Source: Bacteroidales bacterium
GTDB lineage: Bacteria; Bacteroidota; Bacteroidia; Bacteroidales; WCHB1-69
Direction: 5' to 3'
Assembly (NCBI GenBank): GCA_045116675.1
Contig: JBGUMF010000017.1
Location: 9,322 to 73,321, forward strand
DNA length: 64,000 nucleotides
The position numbers and the translations under genes were made by a program. This document shows, piece by piece, positions 34,172 through 44,405 of the stretch (position 1 is the stretch's first letter; each line of letters begins with the position of its first letter). The notes under the pieces are model-generated. The model was not told where the DNA came from and ran no database searches. It saw only the letters and a program-made list of their open reading frames with translations.

Positions 34172-36628
34172 TTACCGGCAGGACTTGCAGATGATGGCGC
34201 GCACCGCTTCGTTTTCCAGCACGCAAGCCGGCAGCTTGTCGAAGAGGCCGCACAGACGCGGGATGTCACGCTCGACAGCCATCTTCACAGCTTTCGTGAA
34301 CATCGGACTCAGGTAAGTCTGCTCGCGGTGGGCGGCAATGGAGATGTAGGAGAAGATGAAATCCTCCGCGATGTTCTTCTCATCCAGGAAAGGATCCATC
34401 AGCGAGAGTGCGTAGCTGTAGTCGTGCTTCTTCACAAAATAGGAGGCCAGCTTGTAGGCGTTCTGCCAGCTGTCCATCTTGGGATTGCGTATCTCCTTGA
34501 TTTTGGCGAAGGTGGCGGCGGAAAGCGCAGCGGTTTCGGTCGTCACGGGAACCGTATCCAAATAGTTTATGATCTTAAGCTGGAACTCCATATTCAGGCT
34601 GTTGACCTTCTCCTTGGAGATGCCGGGGATGGCGTATAGCTTGTCGATGTTGGCCTGTATCTTTGTGATGTCGGCGGTGGAACGAATCGGGGTTTGGAAC
34701 ACGTCGCACACGGTGATGTTGAAGAGCAGCGGCTGGTTGGCCGGGTTGAGGTTGTACACCGTGGTCATCTGCTTGGCGATGGAGGGAGTCATCTTGGTTT
34801 CATCATAGTACTGCATGTAGAGGCGGTTGTTCTGCAGCGTCTGGAACTCCTTCTTCATCGGGATGTTCATGTCCGCAAGGAGGTCGGCGGAGTAGTTGCC
34901 CTTCTCCATCTGGTCGATCATGTAGTTCTCGATGGCCATTGCGAGCCCTTTGTTCTTGTTCGCCATGGCGTTATTGAATTTCCAGGTGACGAATTTCTGC
35001 TCTTTGTCTTTGGTCTCGATTGGGTAGGTGACGTAGTATTTGATTTCGTAGTAGCGGCACGGGGCCAGATAGGCGCTGTCCAGCACCTTCAGGGCGTAGC
35101 TGTCCGATTTCAGCTGTTTGGCGGCCTCGTCCAAGGTCAGGAAGCTGAGGTCGTAATACTCGCCGTTGTTAACAATAATTTTTTTAAAGAATTCCCAGCA
35201 GAAATCGTAGGAGATGGTGATCTCCATGCCGGGATATTTGGTCATCATACTCTTCTTCAGGAAGTCGGCACGTTTCTGCTGTATCTTTTGGTAGTTCACA
35301 TCTTTATAATAGTTGGGAGAGTTGTGGGCTATGATCTCGATTTTCTTCAGCGTGTATTCAGGTACGTTTACGGTGGTCAGCAGCGAGTCGAAAGAGGCGC
35401 ATGTGTAGTCGGTTTTCTTGTGCACGTAGGGGAAGGTGATGCTGAAGTCGCCGTCTTCCGTGGAGGGCACCCACTCACCGGTGCTCTTGATGCCCGTCAT
35501 GTCTTTCAGGAAGTTGATTTTTTCGGTGTAATCGGCGTTTTTGGTCTCAATATGTTTGGGGAAAATTGTGCGGCACACATAGTTACCCTCTTTCAGGACC
35601 AGGATGTTGATGTCCATATCCTGATTCAGTTCAATGGTCTCGGGCACGGAACCGATCTTGGCCACCAGTTTGCCGGATTTCAGGTTGGCGTTTTCGTTCG
35701 CCTCGAAAATCTTCTCATAGGTGATAGGTTTGCTGACGGTGCCGCGGTGCGCATGGTCGTAATCCACGGTCAGGTCATCGCAGTCGTACTGGCTGTGCTG
35801 CACGTAGTCAAGCGCGATGGCATCACCCTCTTTGCCAATGAGTTTCTTCAGGTTCTTGTAGTCGTTGCAGACCAGATACACATCGCCGTTCTTATTCACG
35901 CTGATGTATTCGGAAAGGGCTTCCAGGCCCGGTTCGGTGGAACATTTCTTGCAGACTTTGTCGTCATAAGCCTTGAGGCCGGCCATGCCTTTGGTGTAGG
36001 GCAGGTCTCTGGCCCCGATGGGTGTTTTGTAGCCGAGGGTGCGGTCGTTGCCGAGGATGACGGAGAAGTACATGCTCTTCATCATCTTGTCGGTGTTGAA
36101 GCCGATGCCCGCCAGGGAGTACTGCTTGTCAAGGAGGATGTCAGCGGTTTTGACGTTCTTGAGCAGGAGTTGGATGGTGGACAGGCAGAGGTCGTAGTAG
36201 GTGTATTCCACCTCGCCGAGGTAGGCTTTGGTTTTCGCCACCAGTTCGATGCCGTTGCCCGCGAGACTGTATTTGCGCAGACGGTAGGGTAGTGTCCGGT
36301 AGGGGGGCACATTGTCCTCGGTCTTCTCGTCCTTCACGGCCTGATAGTCGGCCTGGAATTGTGCGGTGGAATCCATTTGCTCGTTGTGCTCCAGAGGGGG
36401 AAGAAAGCGGTATTGTGCGCGGGCGAGATCCATCATGTCCGTCAGACACTTGTATAGAACCTCAGGTTTGTAGTTGTTGGGTGCGAAATTGCGCGTGTAT
36501 TGCGCATTTTGCTTCAGCGATGACGGGTCGAAGCCTGAGTATGGGTTTTCTGTTTGGGAAAAAGATATATTACTGAATATCAGAAATATAATAAAAAAAA
36601 CAGCCGACAATTTTTTATCCATAATCAT
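34172..36628 (-). CDS. Large secreted protein of unknown function (about 818 aa)
   Basis: It has a signal peptide (MIMDKKLSAVFFIIFLIFSNISFSQ), is rich in Tyr, Asn and Lys, and ends CKSCR. I chose the start at 36628 (or 36622) rather than the listed 36751. Confidence 0.6.
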   Translation of the reverse strand: MIMDKKLSAVFFIIFLIFSNISFSQTENPYSGFDPSSLKQNAQYTRNFAPNNYKPEVLYKCLTDMMDLARAQYRFLPPLEHNEQMDSTAQFQADYQAVKDEKTEDNVPPYRTLPYRLRKYSLAGNGIELVAKTKAYLGEVEYTYYDLCLSTIQLLLKNVKTADILLDKQYSLAGIGFNTDKMMKSMYFSVILGNDRTLGYKTPIGARDLPYTKGMAGLKAYDDKVCKKCSTEPGLEALSEYISVNKNGDVYLVCNDYKNLKKLIGKEGDAIALDYVQHSQYDCDDLTVDYDHAHRGTVSKPITYEKIFEANENANLKSGKLVAKIGSVPETIELNQDMDINILVLKEGNYVCRTIFPKHIETKNADYTEKINFLKDMTGIKSTGEWVPSTEDGDFSITFPYVHKKTDYTCASFDSLLTTVNVPEYTLKKIEIIAHNSPNYYKDVNYQKIQQKRADFLKKSMMTKYPGMEITISYDFCWEFFKKIIVNNGEYYDLSFLTLDEAAKQLKSDSYALKVLDSAYLAPCRYYEIKYYVTYPIETKDKEQKFVTWKFNNAMANKNKGLAMAIENYMIDQMEKGNYSADLLADMNIPMKKEFQTLQNNRLYMQYYDETKMTPSIAKQMTTVYNLNPANQPLLFNITVCDVFQTPIRSTADITKIQANIDKLYAIPGISKEKVNSLNMEFQLKIINYLDTVPVTTETAALSAATFAKIKEIRNPKMDSWQNAYKLASYFVKKHDYSYALSLMDPFLDEKNIAEDFIFSYISIAAHREQTYLSPMFTKAVKMAVERDIPRLCGLFDKLPACVLENEAVRAIICKSCR

Positions 36629-36759
36629 ATAATTTACGGGTTTTGCAAAACGGAAGCAATAATAATAAAAATTTGCTTTGCCTCCACCTTGCAAAGAGTG
36701 CTTTTTCTCCCTGTTGAAAAAAATATTGCAACAGGGGTTGGTTGATTTCAAAAAAAGTG

Positions 36760-36767
36760 TATTTTTG
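36760..36767 (+). promoter_or_regulatory. -7 promoter motif TATTTTTG for rpmH
   Basis: It lies 40 nt upstream of the ATG at 36807. Confidence 0.55.
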
Positions 36768-36806
36768 CAGCCCTTTTAAAAGAAGTAAAAATAAACATTA
36801 ATAGAG

Positions 36807-36965
36807 ATGAAAAGAACATACCAACCTTCAAACACAAGACGCAGAAACAAACACGGTTTCCGTGAGAGAATGTCCACGGCAAACGGCCGCCGAGTGCTGG
36901 CTGCCCGTCGTGCAAAAGGCAGAAAGAAATTAACGGTTTCCGACGAAAGTCTGGGCAGAAAATAA
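36807..36965 (+). CDS. rpmH: 50S ribosomal protein L34
   Basis: My hand translation gives [52 protein letters not shown]. This 52-aa product is below the length of every entry in the supplied ORF track and is absent from it. Confidence 0.93.
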   Translation: MKRTYQPSNTRRRNKHGFRERMSTANGRRVLAARRAKGRKKLTVSDESLGRK

Positions 36966-37079
36966 TTTCTGGAACCCATAAGCGTTTTAACAAGAGAAAG
37001 AAGGCAAATGTCTTCTTTTTTTTGTATTTTCGCACCCTGTTTTTTCCAATACCCCAAAGGTCTCCAAATGTTATATACA

Positions 37080-38438
37080 ATGAAAAGAATCATCTTCATC
37101 CTGCTTCTCTCCTGGTCCATTATGCCGCTTCTGGCCCAACCCAGGAGCGCGGGCACGACCGTGGACGGTATTGTGGCCGTCATCGGCAAGGAGATCATCA
37201 TGCAGTCGGATCTGGAGAAGAACTACCTGGACTACACCTCCCAGTTCAAGACGGTGGAGGACCCTTACGAGACCAAATGTTTCATTCTGGAGACCCTGAT
37301 GTTCAACAAGCTGCTTGTCAATCAGGCTGAGTTGGACAGCATTGAAATCACCGACGAGGAGGTGGACTACCGCATCAACGCGCGTATGTCCTATTTCCTC
37401 CAACAGGTGGGTGGCAATGAGAAATACATTGAGGAATATTTCCATAAATCCATGGCGGAGATCAAGAAGGACCTGCGGGAGATGATGTACGACCAGGCCC
37501 TGATTGAGCAGGAACAGAGCAAGATCACGGGCAGCATCACGATAACCCCGTCGGAGGTGAAGCAGTTCGCCAGCAGGCTGTCGCCCGACAGCATGCCGGT
37601 GGTGCCCACCAGCTACCAGTTCGGTGAGGTGGTCAAGATTCCGCCGGTGAGCGAGACGGAGATCCAGGATGTGAAAGACCGGCTGACCAGCTACCGCGAG
37701 CGCGTACTCCGTGGCGAGAAGTTCTCCATGCTGGCACGCCTCTACTCCGATGATCCGGGCAGCGCCTCCAAAGGCGGTGACCTCGGTTTCGTGGAGCGCG
37801 GCACCCTCTATCCGGAATTTGAAGCCGCTGCCTTCAACCTCAAATCCGGGGAGGTCTCACAGGTAATCAAGACACAGGCCGGCTACCACATCATCCAGAT
37901 GATCGAACGCCGCGGCGAGTCCATCCATGTGGCCCACATCCTCATCCAGCCCAAGCCCTCCACTGACGAGCAGGTGAAGGCTATCACCTATCTGGATAGT
38001 GTGCGCGCCATCATCCTCAACGAGAAACTCTCCATTGACGATGCCGCCAAACGTTTCTCGGAAGGCCCCACCCGCCTGAATGGCGGCCTCGTGGTGAACC
38101 CCTACACCAACTCCAACTACTTCGACCGGCAGTCACTTGACGATGCCACCTACATCGCCCTCAACAAACTCATTCCCGGCGAGTACTCCGAGTGTGTGCC
38201 CTATGTCAACGAGGACGGCATCATGGGCTACCGTCTCCTCTACCTCAAAGAGAGAGTGAGCGAACACAAGGCCAACATCGTGGAGGACTACGACATGATT
38301 AAGAACGCCGCCCTGGAGGAGAAACGCTATGACGCTCTGCAAAAGTGGGTCGTGGATAAGGTGAAAGTGACCAGTATTAAGATAAATGAACAATATAAGG
38401 ACTGTCCTTTCGTTAGCAAATGGCAGATCCCGGAATAG
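37080..38438 (+). CDS. Periplasmic peptidyl-prolyl isomerase, SurA-like (parvulin domains)
   Basis: It has a signal peptide (MKRIIFILLLSWSIMPLLAQ) and two parvulin-like segments (GGDLGFVERGTLYPEFE, GYHIIQ). Confidence 0.78.
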   Translation: MKRIIFILLLSWSIMPLLAQPRSAGTTVDGIVAVIGKEIIMQSDLEKNYLDYTSQFKTVEDPYETKCFILETLMFNKLLVNQAELDSIEITDEEVDYRINARMSYFLQQVGGNEKYIEEYFHKSMAEIKKDLREMMYDQALIEQEQSKITGSITITPSEVKQFASRLSPDSMPVVPTSYQFGEVVKIPPVSETEIQDVKDRLTSYRERVLRGEKFSMLARLYSDDPGSASKGGDLGFVERGTLYPEFEAAAFNLKSGEVSQVIKTQAGYHIIQMIERRGESIHVAHILIQPKPSTDEQVKAITYLDSVRAIILNEKLSIDDAAKRFSEGPTRLNGGLVVNPYTNSNYFDRQSLDDATYIALNKLIPGEYSECVPYVNEDGIMGYRLLYLKERVSEHKANIVEDYDMIKNAALEEKRYDALQKWVVDKVKVTSIKINEQYKDCPFVSKWQIPE

Positions 38439-38440
38439 GG

Positions 38441-38461
38441 TACAGAAAGCAGGGGACAGGG
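38441..38461 (-). repeat. Three in-phase heptads on the minus strand: ccctgtc ccctgct ttctgta
   Basis: Read directly from the sequence, in the spacer between the PPIase gene and moxR. Confidence 0.5.
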
Positions 38462-38493
38462 TACTGATTGATTATTAAGATAATAACTAAAAT

Positions 38494-39474
38494 ATGGACT
38501 TGAACACTAAATCCGATGTGGAAGCTATTGAGGCTTTCGTTGAAAAATACGCCGAACTGAAAAAGGAGATTGCCAAGGTCATCGTCGGGCAGGACGAGGT
38601 GGTGAAGAACATCCTGATGGCCATGTTCAGCCGCAGCCACGCCCTGCTGATTGGTGTGCCTGGGTTGGCCAAAACCCTTATGATCACCACTATCGCCAAG
38701 GCGGTGGACATGTCGTACAACCGTATCCAGTTCACCCCCGACCTGATGCCGTCCGACATCATGGGTGCGGAGATTCTGGATGACAGCCGCAACTTCAAAT
38801 TCGTCAAGGGCCCCATCTTCGCCAATATCGTGCTGGCGGACGAGATCAACCGTACGCCGCCCAAAACGCAGTCGGCTTTGCTGGAGGCCATGCAGGAGCG
38901 TTCCGTCAGTATGAACGGTACTACCTACCAGCTGCCCGATCCGTTCTTCGTGCTGGCCACGCAGAACCCCATCGAGCAGGAGGGTACCTACCCGCTGCCG
39001 GAAGCCCAACAGGACCGTTTCATGTTCAACATCCTGCTGGACTATCCCACCAAGGATGAGGAGGTGCAAATTGTGAAGAGCACCATCCACGGAGCCATGC
39101 AGGAGCCCAAGCGCGTACTGACGGTGGAAGACATCATCTTCTATCAGAAGTTGTTGCAGAAGGTGCCCGTTCCGGAGAACGTTTATCGCTACGCCGTCAG
39201 TCTGGCCACGCTTACGCGTCCGGGCACGACAGGCGCGCACCCGTGGGCCAACGACTACCTCTCTTGGGGTGCCGGCCCGCGTGCCTCGCAGTTCCTCATC
39301 ATCGGCGCACGCACACACGCTATCCTCAACGGCAAATACTCGCCTGACATCGAGGATGTGCGTGCCGTATCTTACAACATCCTCCGACACAGAATCATCA
39401 AAAACTATAAGGCTGAGGCCGAAGGAATCACCGTCGAGCAGATCATCGACAAGCTGCTGGCCGCCGCCGAATAA
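38494..39474 (+). CDS. moxR: MoxR-family AAA+ ATPase
   Basis: It has Walker A (GVPGLAKT), Walker B (LADEINR), ATQNPIEQEGTYPLPEAQQDRF and GAGPRA. Confidence 0.9.
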   Translation: MDLNTKSDVEAIEAFVEKYAELKKEIAKVIVGQDEVVKNILMAMFSRSHALLIGVPGLAKTLMITTIAKAVDMSYNRIQFTPDLMPSDIMGAEILDDSRNFKFVKGPIFANIVLADEINRTPPKTQSALLEAMQERSVSMNGTTYQLPDPFFVLATQNPIEQEGTYPLPEAQQDRFMFNILLDYPTKDEEVQIVKSTIHGAMQEPKRVLTVEDIIFYQKLLQKVPVPENVYRYAVSLATLTRPGTTGAHPWANDYLSWGAGPRASQFLIIGARTHAILNGKYSPDIEDVRAVSYNILRHRIIKNYKAEAEGITVEQIIDKLLAAAE

Positions 39475-39486
39475 CCATCCCCTGCC

Positions 39487-40992
39487 ATGAACAAGGGTAT
39501 TCAAAAGTCACACTGGAAATGGCTGCTCTTCATATCCGCAGCCATTGTCTTTGTGTTGATTATGGTTTACTCCAACAAGCTCATCAAAAACATCGCCCAG
39601 GAGGAGCGCGAGCGTGTGGAGATATGGGCCGGGGCCATCTCCTACAAGGCTCAGATTGTCAATGAGACGGAGGCTTTCTTCAACTCCATCCGCGTGGAGG
39701 AGAGCAACAACGCCAAGATTCTCGCACGCGCCATCCGCAAGGTGACCGCCGCCTCCTTCGACGAGGACATCACTTTCTACACGGACATCATCTCCATGAA
39801 CACCAGTGTGCCGCTTATCGTGGCCGAGCCCAACGGCAACATTACCGCTGCCGTCAATGTGCCCGACAGCGTAGCTGAGATGAAGAATGTGGACCAGTTG
39901 GGCGAGGCTATCGCCGATTACGATAGTGTAATTCTCCCTTACTACGGACGGCATTTTGTGAAAGTCTATTATCAGGAGGATCCCGTATATGTGGACCTGC
40001 ACAGCGTCATTGACAATCTGATTCAGTCTTTCTTCCAGGAGACCGTCATCAACTCGGCTTCCGTGCCGGTCATCATCACCGACAGTACCCGGCAGACGGT
40101 CATCGCTGCGGGCAACTTGGATACCAATCTGCTGAAAGATCCTTTGGCCCTCAAACAGGAACTCAAGCGGATGAATGACGAAAACAATCCCATCGAACTT
40201 GACCTCATCGACATTGGCAAATGCTTTGTCTATTATGAGAACTCGCCCGTGCTGCGCAAATTGCGCATCTTCCCCTATATCGAGCTCGGCTTCCTTCTCG
40301 TCTTCATCATCATCGCCTACCTGCTGTTTAGCACGCAGCGTAAGTCGGAGCAGAACCGCGTGTGGGTGGGCATGAGCAAGGAGACCGCCCACCAGCTGGG
40401 CACGCCCATATCCTCGCTCATGGCCTGGACCGAGCTGCTGAAGGAGATGCCCATCGACCAGTCCATCCCCACCGAAATCGGCAAGGATGTGCATCGCTTG
40501 GAGACCATCGCGCAGCGTTTCTCCAAAATCGGTTCCGCACCTGTGCTGGAGCCCACCGACCTGGTGGTCGTCATCGACGAGTTCTCCCAATATCTGCAAA
40601 GCCGGATTTCCTCCATGGTGAAAATCCATTTCAACCGTCCGGAGGCTTCCTCTATCATCATTCCTCTCAACCGCTATCTGTTTGAATGGGTGGTGGAAAA
40701 CCTGTGTAAGAACTCCGTGGATGCCATGGATGGCAAGGGGGTCATCAACATTGACATTTTAGAAGAGAAAAACAAGGTGTATGTGGATATTTCCGACACG
40801 GGCAAAGGCATTCCAGCCAAGATGCAGAAGCGCATCTTCTCGCCTGGCTACACGTCGAAAAGCAGAGGTTGGGGTCTCGGCCTCACGCTGGCCCGCCGCA
40901 TCATCAACGAGTACCACAAAGGCCGGCTGTTTGTGAAATCGTCCGTCATCGACCACGGCACCGTCATGCGCATCCAGTTGCGGAAAGACTGA
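39487..40992 (+). CDS. Membrane sensor histidine kinase
   Basis: It has two TM segments flanking a periplasmic region, the H-box ETAHQLGTPISSL, the N-box ENLCKNSVDA, and G-boxes DTGKGI and GWGLGL. Confidence 0.85.
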   Translation: MNKGIQKSHWKWLLFISAAIVFVLIMVYSNKLIKNIAQEERERVEIWAGAISYKAQIVNETEAFFNSIRVEESNNAKILARAIRKVTAASFDEDITFYTDIISMNTSVPLIVAEPNGNITAAVNVPDSVAEMKNVDQLGEAIADYDSVILPYYGRHFVKVYYQEDPVYVDLHSVIDNLIQSFFQETVINSASVPVIITDSTRQTVIAAGNLDTNLLKDPLALKQELKRMNDENNPIELDLIDIGKCFVYYENSPVLRKLRIFPYIELGFLLVFIIIAYLLFSTQRKSEQNRVWVGMSKETAHQLGTPISSLMAWTELLKEMPIDQSIPTEIGKDVHRLETIAQRFSKIGSAPVLEPTDLVVVIDEFSQYLQSRISSMVKIHFNRPEASSIIIPLNRYLFEWVVENLCKNSVDAMDGKGVINIDILEEKNKVYVDISDTGKGIPAKMQKRIFSPGYTSKSRGWGLGLTLARRIINEYHKGRLFVKSSVIDHGTVMRIQLRKD

Positions 40993-41062
40993 AAACAACA
41001 TCGGGGACACGCACCTGCGCATCCCCGACAGTATTGAAGAAGGGCATATCGTTCAAGGAACG

Positions 41063-41815
41063 TTAATTTCCAAAGCACAACTCCTTGTAAGAACTATATA
41101 GAGTCATGCCACCCACAAGGACAAAAGACTTTACGTAGTAAACCTTGCTGGGATCCAGTCCTGTAATTGTGCCATTGAAGGATTGCGAATAACTCGAGGA
41201 TTCATAAAACCATCCTACAACGAGACGTTCATACGTATTGAAATCCGGGTCCTCGGAATAGATGAACCCACGTTGATCGGAATACGCCGTTTGCCATGAA
41301 TAGTCACGGTGGTAGAAACCGCTAACATCCACTTGATTGGGATTTGTCCATTTGGAACTGCTTACGGTCAGTATGCCGTCGGGATTTCCTGAGATAGAAT
41401 ATTCTTTGTCCTCCCCATACACTACACCTTTTTTTGTCTTGGCGTATGCACGGTAATGGATAGTACTATTTGCGGGAATGTCTTTCAACACTGCGGTGAA
41501 TGTCCCGGCACCTTCTCCATTAGATGTGCCGAGTATATGACCCTCCTCGAAGTTTGTATAACCCAAAAAGTGCGAATATTTTTCGGCGTATTCCAGACAA
41601 GGCATCGGCCGGGAACCGTAGCAGATGCCGCGTTGCAGCACAATGTTGTCGCTCTTGGCTTCAACAGTGGCCGTACATTCCATCAGTTCTGTTGAAGGGT
41701 ACTGTATGTCGCCGGTTATGACTTTCACCCGTGAATCCTCAATAATTTCTTTCGTACAAGAGGAAAGAAACAGTACACCGGTCATTATCATTAAAAACAG
41801 ATATATTTTTTTCAT
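41063..41815 (-). CDS. Lipoprotein of unknown function
   Basis: It has a signal sequence plus lipobox (LFLSSC). Confidence 0.6.
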   Translation of the reverse strand: MKKIYLFLMIMTGVLFLSSCTKEIIEDSRVKVITGDIQYPSTELMECTATVEAKSDNIVLQRGICYGSRPMPCLEYAEKYSHFLGYTNFEEGHILGTSNGEGAGTFTAVLKDIPANSTIHYRAYAKTKKGVVYGEDKEYSISGNPDGILTVSSSKWTNPNQVDVSGFYHRDYSWQTAYSDQRGFIYSEDPDFNTYERLVVGWFYESSSYSQSFNGTITGLDPSKVYYVKSFVLVGGMTLYSSYKELCFGN

Positions 41816-41826
41816 AATTCAAGTGT

Positions 41827-42474
41827 TTAAAAGGTGAAACCGACGTTAAATCCTATAAAACCGGCATGATGTATATCGGATGTGTATCTTCTTCCCACAG
41901 GGGAAAGACCAAACTCCAAAGTAGTCAGCACACTATGGCCGGATTTCGGCAAGCGGAAGTTCGCGCCCAGGTCAAAGCGGGTGTGTGAGCCCACGCCTAT
42001 CATTTTGTCCGATTTAGGATTTTGACCATATAGAATAATATCCACACCTTGCGATATGCCGATGTAGGGATTGACTTTGCGTTCTCCGATGATGTAGAAA
42101 GCTAATTGCGCATATAACGGGAAACGGTGTGCGGGAAGATTATAAACAGTGAACCAATGCGAATTTCCGTTCCATTGAGTGGTGATGTGTTGTCCTTCGT
42201 CCAGGGTGTTCCAGTCATAATTGTAGCCTAATCCGGCACCCACAAGCAGCAACTTGTTGATGCGGTAGCCGGTGTTCCAATGGATGCCCGGGCAGAAGTT
42301 AAATTCATAATTGAGGAGGAGCGTGTTCTGCCAGCCGGTCTTCACCGGCTGGGTCCAATGCGGTTTCTTTTCCTTTTTGATGGCACCCGCGCCGGCGCTG
42401 CGATATACGCCCACCTGGGCGTACGAGCCAGCCGCCAGGGCGACCATAATCAGCAAACAGAAAAATCGTTTCAT
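41827..42474 (-). CDS. Small outer-membrane beta-barrel protein
   Basis: It has a signal peptide (MKRFFCLLIMVALAAGSYAQ), alternating strands, and a C-terminus ...FNVGFTF. I prefer the ATG at 42474 over the listed GTG at 42480. Confidence 0.65.
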   Translation of the reverse strand: MKRFFCLLIMVALAAGSYAQVGVYRSAGAGAIKKEKKPHWTQPVKTGWQNTLLLNYEFNFCPGIHWNTGYRINKLLLVGAGLGYNYDWNTLDEGQHITTQWNGNSHWFTVYNLPAHRFPLYAQLAFYIIGERKVNPYIGISQGVDIILYGQNPKSDKMIGVGSHTRFDLGANFRLPKSGHSVLTTLEFGLSPVGRRYTSDIHHAGFIGFNVGFTF

Positions 42475-42491
42475 AATCACGTATTTAATTA

Positions 42492-42998
42492 TTAATTGTT
42501 TTTCTTAATAATCAATACACCGTCGGTTTTCAGGTTCTTGTTGTCGTCGAGGAACGGCACGATGAGGTTAACATCCTCTTGGGTGGCCTTGCGGTAGTTG
42601 ATGTAGTTGGCCGGGTAGCCCGTCACGGTCACTTCGATGTATTTCAGGTCCTCGCTGGGCGTGATTTCAAACGTGGGCGTGATGATGTCGTCAGCCTGAT
42701 GTTGTTTCAACGCGGCAGCCATGGTGTTTTTCTTCCACGTGAGCACAATGCCCGCCTCGCGGTTGTTGTTCACGTCGTCCATGATGGAGATCACATCTCT
42801 TTTGCTGAGTGTGTTCTCAAATTTTGCTGTATAGGAAATCTTGGTGGGGTTGATTTTCATGTCGGCCACCACCGGGGTGATAAACCCGGCCCGCATGGGT
42901 TCCACATAGCGTGCCGTGGACTCACGATAAGTGTATATGGCGGAACACGACGACAGCAGGATTGCTACCAGCAGAAACAAAGGGAAACATTTTTTCAT
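42492..42998 (-). CDS. Lipoprotein of unknown function
   Basis: It has a lipobox (LLSSC). A -7 motif (plus strand CAAAGATA, 43069-43076) lies inside the listed N-terminal extension and supports the ATG at 42998. Confidence 0.6.
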   Translation of the reverse strand: MKKCFPLFLLVAILLSSCSAIYTYRESTARYVEPMRAGFITPVVADMKINPTKISYTAKFENTLSKRDVISIMDDVNNNREAGIVLTWKKNTMAAALKQHQADDIITPTFEITPSEDLKYIEVTVTGYPANYINYRKATQEDVNLIVPFLDDNKNLKTDGVLIIKKNN

Positions 42999-43098
42999 AA
43001 GATTGGATTTAAATGGATATATGTTGATATTTTGGGTTAAAAACAAAAAATCATTCAATAGAGTGGGGCAAAGATACAATTTTTAAATAGAAAAACAA

Positions 43099-43977
43099 TT
43101 AAAAATTATGTTTCCATTCAAAAATCACCGGTTCCACCGTGTATCCTTTTTTCCGCAGCATGGCTATCAGGCCCTTGTCGCCGCCCAGATGTGCGGCTCC
43201 GACGGCGCAGAACAGCGTGTGTTTCTTGGCCAAGGCTTCGAATTTTTTCCTCATTACCACGTTACGTTTGTCAAGGAGTGCAGTGTTGAATTCGCCTGGC
43301 AAAGCTGTATCGGCAAAAAAACGCATCATCGCATCGAAGTCGAAGGCAAGGTAGGCATGCAGCAGCGAGTCGTACATCTTTTCACTCTCGTCTGCGGGCT
43401 CGTCCACCACCTTCATCAGCATGTCAATTTGCTGGTCCAGTGGTAGGGCATCCAGCGCCTTTATCTGATCGGCATAGTTCTCCACCCCAAAACAGAGCTT
43501 CCCCTGGCTGCGGGCCTGCTGCAGGAAGTAGAGATCCAACGCCGTCTCCTGGTCGGTAGGCATAGAGGCCTGTTCCAGGGCGCTGCTCAGAAACATAGGC
43601 TTCATCGTGTTCAGGAAAATCACACTCGTCCCGATGCGGGCCTTGCAGAAGCTGTCCAAACGGGCGAAGTCCTCCTTCGGCAGTATGCCCGAAAGTGTTT
43701 TCCCCTTAGGCAGATACATACTCTCCTGTACCTGTTTTATGTCCAGCTCGTCCATCAGAACCTCCATGGCAAAGGCCTCACAGGAGGCAAACGCCCGGTA
43801 TACGGTGCTGTCGAAGTTGAACACCCGCTGGTCCTGAATGTGGATGGTGCCGTACAGGTAGGAAGGGTTCTTGAGCGACTTGCCGCTCACCTTCCATAAC
43901 AGCGATTGTGAAAAGGCCGTCGTCACCGCGAGCATTGCGATGCACAGCGTCAGTAAAATGTTTTTATTCAGATGCAT
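43099..43977 (-). CDS. TraB/GumN-family protein (secreted)
   Basis: After the signal peptide comes LLWKVSGKSLKNPSYLYGTIHIQD, and the C-terminal region has AVGAAHLGG. The listed TTG at 44004 lies inside a -7 motif (plus strand CAAAGATA, 44002-44009). Confidence 0.75.
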   Translation of the reverse strand: MHLNKNILLTLCIAMLAVTTAFSQSLLWKVSGKSLKNPSYLYGTIHIQDQRVFNFDSTVYRAFASCEAFAMEVLMDELDIKQVQESMYLPKGKTLSGILPKEDFARLDSFCKARIGTSVIFLNTMKPMFLSSALEQASMPTDQETALDLYFLQQARSQGKLCFGVENYADQIKALDALPLDQQIDMLMKVVDEPADESEKMYDSLLHAYLAFDFDAMMRFFADTALPGEFNTALLDKRNVVMRKKFEALAKKHTLFCAVGAAHLGGDKGLIAMLRKKGYTVEPVIFEWKHNF

Positions 43978-44022
43978 AAAAAAGAAAGATATTTTAACAG
44001 GCAAAGATAATTATTTTTTTTA

Positions 44023-44030
44023 TACTTTTG
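44023..44030 (+). promoter_or_regulatory. -7 promoter motif TACTTTTG for the small lipoprotein gene
   Basis: It lies 46 nt upstream of the ATG at 44076. Confidence 0.5.
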
Positions 44031-44075
44031 CGGCGCGAAAAATGACATTTACTAACCCATTAAAATTTAAAAAAA

Positions 44076-44288
44076 ATGAAGAAAGTATTATGCATCTGCG
44101 CAGCTGGATTAATGATTGCTGCTCTCTCCACCTCTTGCAACAAGAAATGCGAATGCAAAACCTATGCTGCTGGTGTTGTGGTTACCACCAACACGATGGA
44201 GCTTGACAATGGTAAAAAATGTGCTGACTACACGGTGCTCGCTTCTGAAGATCCGAAAACCGGTGTTGAGTGCAAGAGTACGCTTTAA
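44076..44288 (+). CDS. Small Cys-rich lipoprotein (70 aa)
   Basis: It has a lipobox (LSTSC) and four further Cys residues in the mature part. It has its own promoter motif and terminator. Confidence 0.55.
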   Translation: MKKVLCICAAGLMIAALSTSCNKKCECKTYAAGVVVTTNTMELDNGKKCADYTVLASEDPKTGVECKSTL

Positions 44289-44342
44289 TCCAGTCGTACA
44301 AAGATCATCCTGCGTAACCGAATCCGGTTGTGCGGGCAAACG

Positions 44343-44377
44343 AAAAAAAACACTGCAAATCCTGCAGTGTTTTTTTT
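44343..44377. terminator. Bidirectional intrinsic terminator between convergent genes
   Basis: The structure is an A8 run, stem cactgca, loop aatcc, stem tgcagtg, then a T8 run. Confidence 0.8.
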
Positions 44378-44405
44378 ATTTTGCTTGTCAGAAAAGATTC
44401 TGCGT

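Noticed and set aside
34694-36292. 532-aa + strand ORF
   Set aside because: It is a shadow ORF antisense to the signal-peptide-bearing 818-aa gene. Its composition (V/G/D/H/F repeats) is not protein-like.
38413-40629. Two long minus-strand ORFs (363 aa and 373 aa)
   Set aside because: They are antisense to moxR and the histidine kinase, both of which carry unambiguous motifs. I treat them as mirror-frame artefacts.
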